DNA of 6,969 nucleotides from a virus (Duplodnaviria; Heunggongvirae; Uroviricota; Caudoviricetes): IMG/VR virus record IMGVR_UViG_2582580933_000008, positions 1 to 6,969 of that record; one strand, 5' to 3'. Shown piece by piece: positions 1 to 6,168 of this stretch (position 1 is its first letter; each line of letters starts with the position of its first letter). The notes under the pieces were generated by a model. It saw only the letters and a program-made list of their open reading frames with translations, ran no database searches and was not told where the DNA came from. The position numbers and the translations under genes were made by a program.

Positions 1-794
1 AAGTTAAATGCAATATTTCGTGGACGGGTTTCACTCCCGCCATATGATGATGTAAATCCCGAATATTCCAGGTATCCCGCACCCGTCGTATTAGCCCAGG
101 AAGGACCGCTAGAAGTATAGATGACCCCATTGTAACCATGGCTGTGTTCCTCAACGTTCGCGCCCTGAGCAGACAGGAGAGTCCGTCCTGAATCAATTCC
201 TCTTCCATCATCCAACCCACGAATGAATTCGCCGCGTAAATCTGGCAATTTATTTGTCGGATAAACTTTTGCCAGTTCCGGATACTCTTCGGCAGAAAAA
301 GCTGCACCGTTGCATTTCAGCCAGCCTGTTGGCGGTGTGACTGAAGGCCACGGAACAGGCACACCTACGGGTAATGCAGAGCCTTCTCCCAAACCAAGGT
401 ATGAAAGAATATCTTTCCACCCGGCACCATTGCTGTTTGGATCAGATAGATTTCCTTCTGTTGTGTTAATGAATATTCTTTCCCCATCGTTCGAGATGAG
501 CATCGCCCCTGACGGATATCCAGAAATCTCCGAAGCAAATTCAGAATCAAAAGTATTCAGCGCCCCGGTGCTCGACCATCTACCCAGAGCAGAAAGTTCG
601 TATAAAATTTGGTTCATATCCTGGCCTTTTGGCGGCAAACCGCCAGCAGATTTCAGGATCATTGTTATTGGAGGAAACCCCTGTTCATACGATGCTGAGT
701 TATCACCTGCAGGGGTGGTTGGCAATATTGCCACTCTCCGTCCATTAACTCCAAATGGCTTAGGTTGTTTTTTAGGTGAGTCAGAACGATTCAT
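1..794 (-). CDS. Tail fibre protein, N-terminal portion (gene starts at ATG 794..792 and continues past window position 1)
   Basis: Hand translation of the minus strand from ATG 794..792 is open for 264 codons to the window edge: MNRSDSPKKQPKPFGVNGRRVAILPTTPAGDNSASYEQGF...WKDILSYLGLGEGSALPVGVPVPWPSVTPPTGWLKCNGAAFSAEEYPELAKVYPTNKLPDLRGEFIRGLDDGRGIDSGRTLLSAQGANVEEHSHGYNG...GSETRPRNIAFN. The stretch PxGWLxCNG...YPxL...LPDLRGxFxRG...GR...HxH matches the consensus I know for the phage tail-collar domain of tail fibres. An AGGA sits 7 nt upstream of the ATG and the start lies 2 nt after the stop of the upstream gene. The ORF track omits it because it is edge-truncated; the 310..825 plus ORF is its antisense shadow. 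Confidence 0.75.
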   Translation of the reverse strand, partial: MNRSDSPKKQPKPFGVNGRRVAILPTTPAGDNSASYEQGFPPITMILKSAGGLPPKGQDMNQILYELSALGRWSSTGALNTFDSEFASEISGYPSGAMLISNDGERIFINTTEGNLSDPNSNGAGWKDILSYLGLGEGSALPVGVPVPWPSVTPPTGWLKCNGAAFSAEEYPELAKVYPTNKLPDLRGEFIRGLDDGRGIDSGRTLLSAQGANVEEHSHGYNGVIYTSSGPSWANTTGAGYLEYSGFTSSYGGSETRPRNIAFN

Positions 795-796
795 GC

Positions 797-1435
797 TTAA
801 TTCCTATAAAATGTGCCGTCATTAAATGGATATGCATCTGTAGCAAAACCAAAGTATGGGCTTACAATTTGTTTGATATTTACCTGAACTCCACTTGGTA
901 CAGGAGTCACATCGTAATTTGTTAAAATCGATTCTTCGTAGGGAGCAAGTGAGAACTCAAAATTTATACCAATGGTCATATCTCTGTAATTGACACAATA
1001 TGCTCTGCCTCGTTGATAAAAAAGTATTTTAAGAAATTTATTTATATCAGGAATGGTTGCCACACTGATGTTAGTAAAAGCCTTGCAGAGTATTAATGTT
1101 CTGTAAGCATCATCCCCAAGCCTGACATTCGTTGTTTCCTGAATGCCGACGTAAAACGGAGAATTATTAAATGGTGCCGGGTAATCAGTACTCCCATCAT
1201 CTGCTTCGCTAAATCCAAATGAATCGCTATCTATTGGCGCAACAATATATCTGCTTATGCCAACAATTTTCCCCCACATATCAAGCCCGAATGTTTCGCA
1301 GGTAGTTAAATCCCATACCTTTTTAATGAATTCCTCTGTGAAATCATCAAGACTCACTGCCTGGTTAAATGTGTCTATGATGGACAATAACTTCTTACTT
1401 GCTGAGTATTGGGTAAGTATTGTGTCTTCCCACAT
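797..1435 (-). CDS. Baseplate wedge / fibre-attachment protein, gpI (P2) / gp48 (Mu) / XkdU-like (putative)
   Basis: 212-aa ORF with ATG at 1435..1433, 10 nt after the stop of the J-like gene and preceded by a G-rich SD-like stretch (GGGGTGAGG). Its position between a J-like gene and the tail fibre is the conserved slot for this family. The N-terminal segment CETFGLDMWGKIVGISRY resembles the A..GLD.WE..LGL hallmark I associate with DUF2313-type proteins. Family assignment is by position and weak motif only. Confidence 0.55.
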   Translation of the reverse strand: MWEDTILTQYSASKKLLSIIDTFNQAVSLDDFTEEFIKKVWDLTTCETFGLDMWGKIVGISRYIVAPIDSDSFGFSEADDGSTDYPAPFNNSPFYVGIQETTNVRLGDDAYRTLILCKAFTNISVATIPDINKFLKILFYQRGRAYCVNYRDMTIGINFEFSLAPYEESILTNYDVTPVPSGVQVNIKQIVSPYFGFATDAYPFNDGTFYRN

Positions 1436-1445
1436 GCCTCACCCC

Positions 1446-2675
1446 TCACGATAGAATTACGGTAATATCTGATTCCTGAATTGTCGGAACCTGGTCGATA
1501 CCCATTGTTATTGCTGGCCCATAGGCTGATCCATCAATGGAGACTTCAAGTGATAAAATCCCAACGGTGTCAGGTGATATTGAAATAACCGGAGCGTAAT
1601 ACTTACCGGCGTTAATGGTAGAGCCTATCCTTGCCTTCCCGATCCCATCATAACCACCATTGAAAACTGATACGATCATGCTTTTCACTTGTGATGTGAT
1701 ATCACTAGGTGGATTAAGAGATCTATCCAGCTCAACACTAAAATAAACCCTCGTCGGAGTTGCTTTTTGCCACTGCATTACATAGGAAGGGTATGGAGGC
1801 AGATAGTTAACATTGTCGTAAACCGTGTACGAGGTATCTCCGTTCAGATTTGCTCCAGGGTTGTACGTCTGGAAAATTGACTCCGCTACATCCTCATCAG
1901 TTCCACCATACACACAGATGTAAATAGAGTGCGCCACCACAGGGAAGTTAGTAGCTCCCTGATTTACTGTGGCTGCAGTTCTGTTTGACCATACATAGGC
2001 ATCCAGCACACCATTCGTAGCCAGCAAGGCAGATAGTGTCGATGCGTCCTGATTACGGCTATTTCTCGCGACCGACTGCTTGCGACGTGTTTCAAATGCA
2101 ATACGTGATTCAACATCAACGCCAACAACGCCTGGGCTCGCGTTTGTGATCGCATCCCATCCAGATACTGCACGGTAAATCTGATTTAATGCACCTGCTG
2201 CACAGGGTATTGGTCCGGTTGTGTTATTTACAAACTGAACATCAATGCTTCCTGATGCTGGTATTGTTGCGATGTCGATAGACCGGTAAATATATCCATT
2301 GGTATCAATGGCTGTGCTTCCCGCGGGGATTGTCGTTCCGACCTGACCAATGCATGTTGCTGTAACAACTGTCCCCTGAGCAGCGATCCGTTCCATAAAG
2401 TAAATCCGGCCAATCCCGTCCTGGAATCTGCCAGTTGAGAAGTCAGGGTTAATTTGATTAAACAAACAAAGAAGTTTGTCGTATTCCTGAGCAATAATTT
2501 CAGTGTCAGACTGTGCGATCTGCCCTTGCGGTGAACTCAGTGATTGACTAGCACCACCGCCAAGAGCCGTTGACATGTCTGTAAGTCTTCCCGCCAGCAC
2601 ATCCGCTATGTCGGGAACTGAAAGACCGTTTTCAGTGATGGTTACATCAGGAACAGCCGTATTTAATATCGTCAT
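1446..2675 (-). CDS. Baseplate J-like protein (P2 gpJ / Mu gp47 / T4 gp6 family)
   Basis: 409-aa ORF. ATG 2675..2673 overlaps the upstream stop TGA 2674..2672 in an ATGA arrangement (translational coupling). The segment ERIAAQGTVVTATCIGQVGTTIPAGSTAIDTNGYIYRSIDIATIPASGSIDVQFVNNTTGPIPCAAGAL has the beta-rich IPaGt / G..gN pattern typical of Baseplate_J proteins; size and position fit. Confidence 0.8.
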   Translation of the reverse strand: MTILNTAVPDVTITENGLSVPDIADVLAGRLTDMSTALGGGASQSLSSPQGQIAQSDTEIIAQEYDKLLCLFNQINPDFSTGRFQDGIGRIYFMERIAAQGTVVTATCIGQVGTTIPAGSTAIDTNGYIYRSIDIATIPASGSIDVQFVNNTTGPIPCAAGALNQIYRAVSGWDAITNASPGVVGVDVESRIAFETRRKQSVARNSRNQDASTLSALLATNGVLDAYVWSNRTAATVNQGATNFPVVAHSIYICVYGGTDEDVAESIFQTYNPGANLNGDTSYTVYDNVNYLPPYPSYVMQWQKATPTRVYFSVELDRSLNPPSDITSQVKSMIVSVFNGGYDGIGKARIGSTINAGKYYAPVISISPDTVGILSLEVSIDGSAYGPAITMGIDQVPTIQESDITVILS

Positions 2676-3031
2676 AAGGTGGCCTGTGCAATATTACCAT
2701 TGATATCTGTAACGCGGATTGTGCCGCGAGTTGTGCGTGTATTCTTGTCAAAGAAAACTGATGCCAGAGCATCCTCAACAACGGGTAATTTGAGTGCTTC
2801 AGCCTGCATTTTCTGAGCAATAAAACCAGGAGATGGTCGCCTGCCAAGAACTTCTGCCTTCCATGGGATCCCAAGTGTATTGTCGTAATAACACTCTCCT
2901 GAAAACACCAGGCATGCACTGGCGACATCCTGAGCAACAGAATATGATTCTTCTGCGATCGCCAGATTGCCATTTCCGTCAAGCGTCAAGTCCCACGTAG
3001 ATGTGTCCAGTTGCATAGTTCTGTATGTCAT
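2672..3031 (-). CDS. Small baseplate protein in the gp25/gpW position (putative wedge subunit)
   Basis: 119-aa ORF, MTYRTMQLDTSTWDLTLDGNGNLAIAEESYSVAQDVASACLVFSGECYYDNTLGIPW... ATG 3031..3029 overlaps the spike gene stop TGA 3030..3028 (ATGA). Size and position between spike and J-like genes match gp25/gpW/XkdS-type proteins, but I could not recognise a diagnostic motif. The overlapping alternative-frame ORF 2647..2982 has a low-complexity L/R/H-rich translation and is rejected. Confidence 0.5.
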   Translation of the reverse strand: MTYRTMQLDTSTWDLTLDGNGNLAIAEESYSVAQDVASACLVFSGECYYDNTLGIPWKAEVLGRRPSPGFIAQKMQAEALKLPVVEDALASVFFDKNTRTTRGTIRVTDINGNIAQATL

Positions 3032-3720
3032 GTCGGTTTATCCGTTGCATTGGAATTTATTGTTGCCCCACCACTTTGTACACCTGAAACAGAATGTTTG
3101 TGATTGTTATAATTGTCCCTTAAATTTTTAACAGTAGATGACTGTGAACTTGCGTTATCCTGAATATCACCGCTAACTTTAAGTAAAGGAGTATTCATGT
3201 TGACTCCATCAGGAGCATCAATATTTAACGATGAACATTTAATATTTAGTGGGTTAGGCGTGGTTATGTTTATTGCACCATCAGCAAATTCAATGAATTG
3301 AGTAGGTGCAATATTTAATACCCCACCAAGATAAATTGCATCAGATTTACTGTGTCGCCTTTTGCTTCCAGGTACTGATTCTTTACGATTTTTTCTTACC
3401 AGTGATGTGTCTTTGTCACATATCGCAATCAGACCAATATCACCCGCCACAGGGTCCATAATTACAGCGCTGTTTCCTCTTTGCAACCGCCATACGGGAA
3501 GGTCATATAAAACCGAGTTAGAAATCATTTTTCCTGTACGGTCTGTTCTGGTTAGTAAAGGAAGAGCGTCAACAACTAAATCCGGTGCTTTCCCCCTGAC
3601 TTCCTGAACTCTCGCTAACTCAATGAAGAAATATCCAGACATCATCATCTCAAAAATATATTCCTGAGATTGAGCCTCACTTACCTGAGCAGGCGTTGGA
3701 GTAAATAGTTGCTTATCCAT
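3028..3720 (-). CDS. Baseplate central spike protein, gpV-like
   Basis: Preferred start is ATG 3720..3718 (MDKQLFTPTPAQ..., 230 aa), which overlaps the hub stop TAA 3715..3713 by only 8 nt. The track's longer 261-aa version from ATG 3813 would overlap the conserved C-terminus of the hub by about 100 nt. The OB-fold-like region LYDLPVWRLQRGNSAVIMDPVAGDIGLIAICDKD and the C-terminal tip NNHKHSVSGVQSGGAT resemble P2 gpV as I recall it, including an HxH motif followed by a Gly/Ser-rich apex. Confidence 0.75.
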   Translation of the reverse strand: MDKQLFTPTPAQVSEAQSQEYIFEMMMSGYFFIELARVQEVRGKAPDLVVDALPLLTRTDRTGKMISNSVLYDLPVWRLQRGNSAVIMDPVAGDIGLIAICDKDTSLVRKNRKESVPGSKRRHSKSDAIYLGGVLNIAPTQFIEFADGAINITTPNPLNIKCSSLNIDAPDGVNMNTPLLKVSGDIQDNASSQSSTVKNLRDNYNNHKHSVSGVQSGGATINSNATDKPT

Positions 3721-4702
3721 TATTCTGTTGCGCCTCTGCTCTTTGTTCCGCTGTTCTGGCGGCAATACATATTGAGTGCCATGAACCATTTGGCATCCAT
3801 GATGATAACTCATGCCGAACGGAGGTTAACTTATACCTTCCGCTTGCATGTGGTAGTCCTGTTTTGATATCCACATATCTTCCAATGCAAAGGAGAGATG
3901 AATATTGCGTCTGAAACATCAGTCCCCCATTTGAAAATACAGGATATCCAACAAGTCCGTATTCTCTGGATATAAACGGAATTACATCGTCTCTGTTTTT
4001 TTCTGAAGGCCAGAACTCTACTTTTGTCGGTGGCGTAGCTGACATCGCCAGTCCATAATCTGAACAGACCCTATAAAGTTGCTCAAAAACACTTCCTTCA
4101 AAATGCGGACTTCCTGATGTTGTCATCCCTTTTACATTATTAAACACAGCTTCATAACCTGCACTTGCACAAATGGATGAGATGACATCTTCAACACTTT
4201 GCGCCCCCTGCGCTGTAAACGGGCTTGCTGGCATGTTCTGTAAATCAACATTAGAAGAGGCTGTTATCATCAGACTGCTTTCAGGAGCAGAATTCATGTT
4301 TGCTATTGATGAAAGCATCGTGCCGGAGAAAACAAGAGAATCATCAGCAAATACCTCAACATTTAACTTCTGACCTTCCCCAACAATACCATCAGCCTTC
4401 CCTGATATATCAGCAAGTCTTTCAATTCCTAACCCGTAAAGAGATATATCAGCCTGAGCACCTCCCCGACCGGTAACAAAGTTCAGGGATACTGTTGACT
4501 TAACATTTCTGATGGAGATTTTATTGTTTCCATTTTTATCAAATGCTGATGATTCATTCGTGAAGTCAAACCGAAGACTGTTATTTTTATACAAGCTCGT
4601 TTTCCTCGATGTAATACAGCAAGTAACGGCTACCCAATCCTTCCCATCGCGGGTCCGATTCCCCATCATTATCAATGAAAATAAGGTCTCCCTTAAATCC
4701 AA
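3713..4702 (-). CDS. Baseplate hub protein, gpD / gp27-like (start codon uncertain)
   Basis: The C-terminal region ...SGRYKLTSVRHELSSWMPNGSWHSICIAARTAE has the G.Y.v.sV.H.L pattern I associate with gpD/gp27/VgrG-type hubs. The outermost start at 4702 is TTG (plus 4700..4702 = caa), not ATG. Alternatives are ATG ATG at 4669 and 4666, or TTG 4594..4592, which has GAGG 9 nt upstream and overlaps the preceding gene by only 8 nt. The longer forms overlap the 100-aa gene by 83-116 nt in another frame. Confidence 0.6.
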   Translation of the reverse strand: MDLRETLFSLIMMGNRTRDGKDWVAVTCCITSRKTSLYKNNSLRFDFTNESSAFDKNGNNKISIRNVKSTVSLNFVTGRGGAQADISLYGLGIERLADISGKADGIVGEGQKLNVEVFADDSLVFSGTMLSSIANMNSAPESSLMITASSNVDLQNMPASPFTAQGAQSVEDVISSICASAGYEAVFNNVKGMTTSGSPHFEGSVFEQLYRVCSDYGLAMSATPPTKVEFWPSEKNRDDVIPFISREYGLVGYPVFSNGGLMFQTQYSSLLCIGRYVDIKTGLPHASGRYKLTSVRHELSSWMPNGSWHSICIAARTAEQRAEAQQNNG

Positions 4703-4889
4703 GGTATGGATATCTTACCATCTTATTCCCATGCAGACATGGAACGCCCTGCATAATTGGGACTTCATTAACAGTTAAATCCATGTACATAAAACTCTGT
4801 CGCTGAACAATTTTTATATTACATGGCTGACCAGCCAGACTTACCGAAATGGACTGAGATTTGCTGGGAAGAACAGATACTGTAATCAT
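4587..4889 (-). CDS. Hypothetical tail/baseplate-associated protein (100 aa)
   Basis: ATG 4889..4887 overlaps the stop TGA 4888..4886 of the upstream gene (ATGA coupling), which argues the ORF is translated. Translation MITVSVLPSKSQSISVSLAGQPCNIKIVQ...YLLYYIEENELV is protein-like, with no family I recognise and no PAAR or LysM motif. Its 3' end overlaps the hub ORF in a different frame. Confidence 0.5.
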   Translation of the reverse strand: MITVSVLPSKSQSISVSLAGQPCNIKIVQRQSFMYMDLTVNEVPIMQGVPCLHGNKMVRYPYLGFKGDLIFIDNDGESDPRWEGLGSRYLLYYIEENELV

Positions 4890-5701
4890 GTACTCGCCTT
4901 AACTATATTTTTTGCAATATCTGCCGCTTTTTTTGTTGCGCTGTTTGTGACTTCGAGTATTGGTTTGGATACCGTATCAAGAGCACTCTGAAATTCAGTC
5001 TTGATTGTGTCGGAGATTTTTCCAGTGATTTCGCCAACAGATGACTTCAGTGATGACCATGATTTACTTAGCTCATCGACAGTAGATTCCCTGGCTCCGC
5101 CATTGGTTATTTGCGGATCAACTCCTACATCTCCCTGCGACTTATTGTTATCCGTTGGCTTCTGTTCTGACTGAGATCCGGAGAGGATAACCTCCATTTG
5201 CTGAATGACCTCCTGAAAATCAAGATAAACCGTCAGAAGAGTCACCCCCTTTTGAGAGTTAACTTCGTAATAGTGGTCAACAAGGTCGAAACTCTCCAGA
5301 GTTTCCTTCGGCGTTTCAATATCGTATGTTTTTGCAGAGGACAGCATCGTTTTGATTGTGTTCAGCGTGCTGTTCTGGCTTGTGAATGTGAGATCGAAAA
5401 TATTCGGGATGTTGCCGGAAAAACCAGTAAGACCATTTACGATGATTGCACATCTTACTCTGGCGGGTTCTTTAACTTTGTTGATGGACTGGTATTTCCC
5501 TTTCTCCACCGGAGCGTTTGTTATTTGCGCCCTTCCGCTTGGCTGTACGGATGCCATACCACTGAACTCAAGAGCAACCTCGCCAGTTTCCCTGTCACGA
5601 ATCACATACTGAGGATGCAGAACGCTGTCGATGATCGAAAGCGGAGAGCCACCACCGATAGCATTGAATATGTCTGCTGTGTTTAAATCGATTATGCCCA
5701 T
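4886..5701 (-). CDS. Hypothetical tail-associated protein (271 aa), first gene of the baseplate operon
   Basis: ATG 5701..5699 is preceded by GGAGA with a 4-nt spacer (minus strand ...GGAGAGTAG ATG). The N-terminal two thirds look globular; the C-terminal third is a Ser/Thr/Lys-rich, probably helical tail (...SKSWSSLKSSVGEITGKISDTIKTEFQSALDTVSKPILEVTNSATKKAADIAKNIVKAST). No LysM motif seen. It occupies the slot just upstream of the hub that Mu N-like or XkdP-like proteins occupy in related gene orders, but I cannot assign it. Confidence 0.55.
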   Translation of the reverse strand: MGIIDLNTADIFNAIGGGSPLSIIDSVLHPQYVIRDRETGEVALEFSGMASVQPSGRAQITNAPVEKGKYQSINKVKEPARVRCAIIVNGLTGFSGNIPNIFDLTFTSQNSTLNTIKTMLSSAKTYDIETPKETLESFDLVDHYYEVNSQKGVTLLTVYLDFQEVIQQMEVILSGSQSEQKPTDNNKSQGDVGVDPQITNGGARESTVDELSKSWSSLKSSVGEITGKISDTIKTEFQSALDTVSKPILEVTNSATKKAADIAKNIVKAST

Positions 5702-5710
5702 CTACTCTCC

Positions 5711-5743
5711 ATTAAACAAAAAACCCACCTGACGGTGGGTTTT
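5711..5743 (-). terminator. Rho-independent terminator hairpin (works in both orientations, stronger on the minus strand)
   Basis: Perfect 10-bp stem, 5720..5729 aaaacccacc and 5734..5743 ggtgggtttt, with a 4-nt loop tgac. On the minus-strand RNA the stem is followed by UUUUUUGUUUAAU. It starts 1 nt after the TAA stop (5747..5745) of the upstream gene and ends 9 nt before the RBS of the 271-aa gene. Confidence 0.65.
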
Positions 5744-5744
5744 A

Positions 5745-6164
5745 TTAGTGCTTGTATAGGTTGAACTCTCTATCAAGCCATATAACAAAAAATGTCGATC
5801 CAAGACGATAACCAACCATGGCTTTCAAATCATCAAATCTAAAAGCCAAGAAATGATCTACGTCTTCCGTTATATGACTGGGGATACCTGCTTTAATGGC
5901 ACCCCTTGCAATCTTCTCAAATCCAAGCTTATGCCTACCTTGCTGCTTAATCTCTGCCCATGTTAGTTGACTTAATCTGTATAATTTATCAGCTAAGCCA
6001 GCTTTCTCATCTTTTTGGCATTTCGTTATGCAGTGAGAGCTTTGGATGTAACAGAATGAAAATTTCGGTTTCTTTTGATCTGAATTCCCCCCTGACTGCG
6101 GCCCTAACTTTAACTTACCTGTAGATTCAGCAGGGGGGATAATCCTTTTAGATTTTCTTGCCAT
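5745..6164 (-). CDS. Candidate toxin partner of the Panacea-domain protein (139 aa, unrecognised family)
   Basis: ATG 6164..6162 lies 4 nt after the PanA-like stop TAA 6171..6169, suggesting coupled translation. The track's longer form starts at TTG 6239 and would overlap PanA by 71 nt. Translation MARKSKRIIPPAESTGKLKLGPQSGGNSDQKKPKFSF CYIQSSHCITKC ...RHKLGFEKIARGAIKAGIPSHITEDVDHFLAFRFDDLKAMVGYRLGSTFFVIWLDREFNLYKH. Features: a basic, probably disordered N-terminus, a C-x5-HC-x3-C cluster, and a C-terminal region with faint resemblance to HigB/RelE-type patterns (HKLGFEKI..G.P; GYRL...FVI...YKH). The toxin role is inferred from gene context only. Confidence 0.55.
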   Translation of the reverse strand: MARKSKRIIPPAESTGKLKLGPQSGGNSDQKKPKFSFCYIQSSHCITKCQKDEKAGLADKLYRLSQLTWAEIKQQGRHKLGFEKIARGAIKAGIPSHITEDVDHFLAFRFDDLKAMVGYRLGSTFFVIWLDREFNLYKH

Positions 6165-6168
6165 CTCG

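Noticed and set aside
365-550. 61-aa minus-strand ORF
   Set aside because: Alternative frame inside the tail-fibre coding region; short and not protein-like.
310-825. 171-aa plus-strand ORF
   Set aside because: Lies entirely antisense to the tail-fibre gene, whose minus-strand translation shows a clear collar-domain signature; the plus-strand translation is Gly/Pro-rich with no recognisable motif or RBS context.
1257-1454. 65-aa plus-strand ORF
   Set aside because: Antisense to the gpI-like gene and the J-like gene junction; no support.
1964-2494. Two minus-strand ORFs (69 aa at 1964..2173 and 88 aa at 2228..2494) inside the J-like gene
   Set aside because: Alternative frames of a gene whose main frame carries family-typical motifs; their translations are low-complexity.
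2647-2982. 111-aa minus-strand ORF overlapping the 119-aa gene
   Set aside because: Alternative frame with a Leu/Arg/His-rich translation; the 119-aa frame has ATGA coupling at both ends.
3362-3607. 81-aa plus-strand ORF
   Set aside because: Antisense to the spike gene; no support.
3721-3813. N-terminal extension of the spike ORF to ATG 3813 (261-aa form)
   Set aside because: Would overlap the conserved C-terminus of the hub gene by about 100 nt and has an anti-SD-like CCTCC rather than an RBS upstream; ATG 3720 gives a gpV-sized protein with an 8-nt overlap.
4173-4778. Plus-strand ORFs 4173..4373 (66 aa) and 4512..4778 (88 aa)
   Set aside because: Antisense to the hub gene and the 100-aa gene; no start context or motif.
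5198-5686. Plus-strand ORFs 5198..5686 (162 aa) and 5352..5612 (86 aa)
   Set aside because: Antisense to the 271-aa gene, which has a strong RBS and coupling; translations are Cys-rich and not protein-like.
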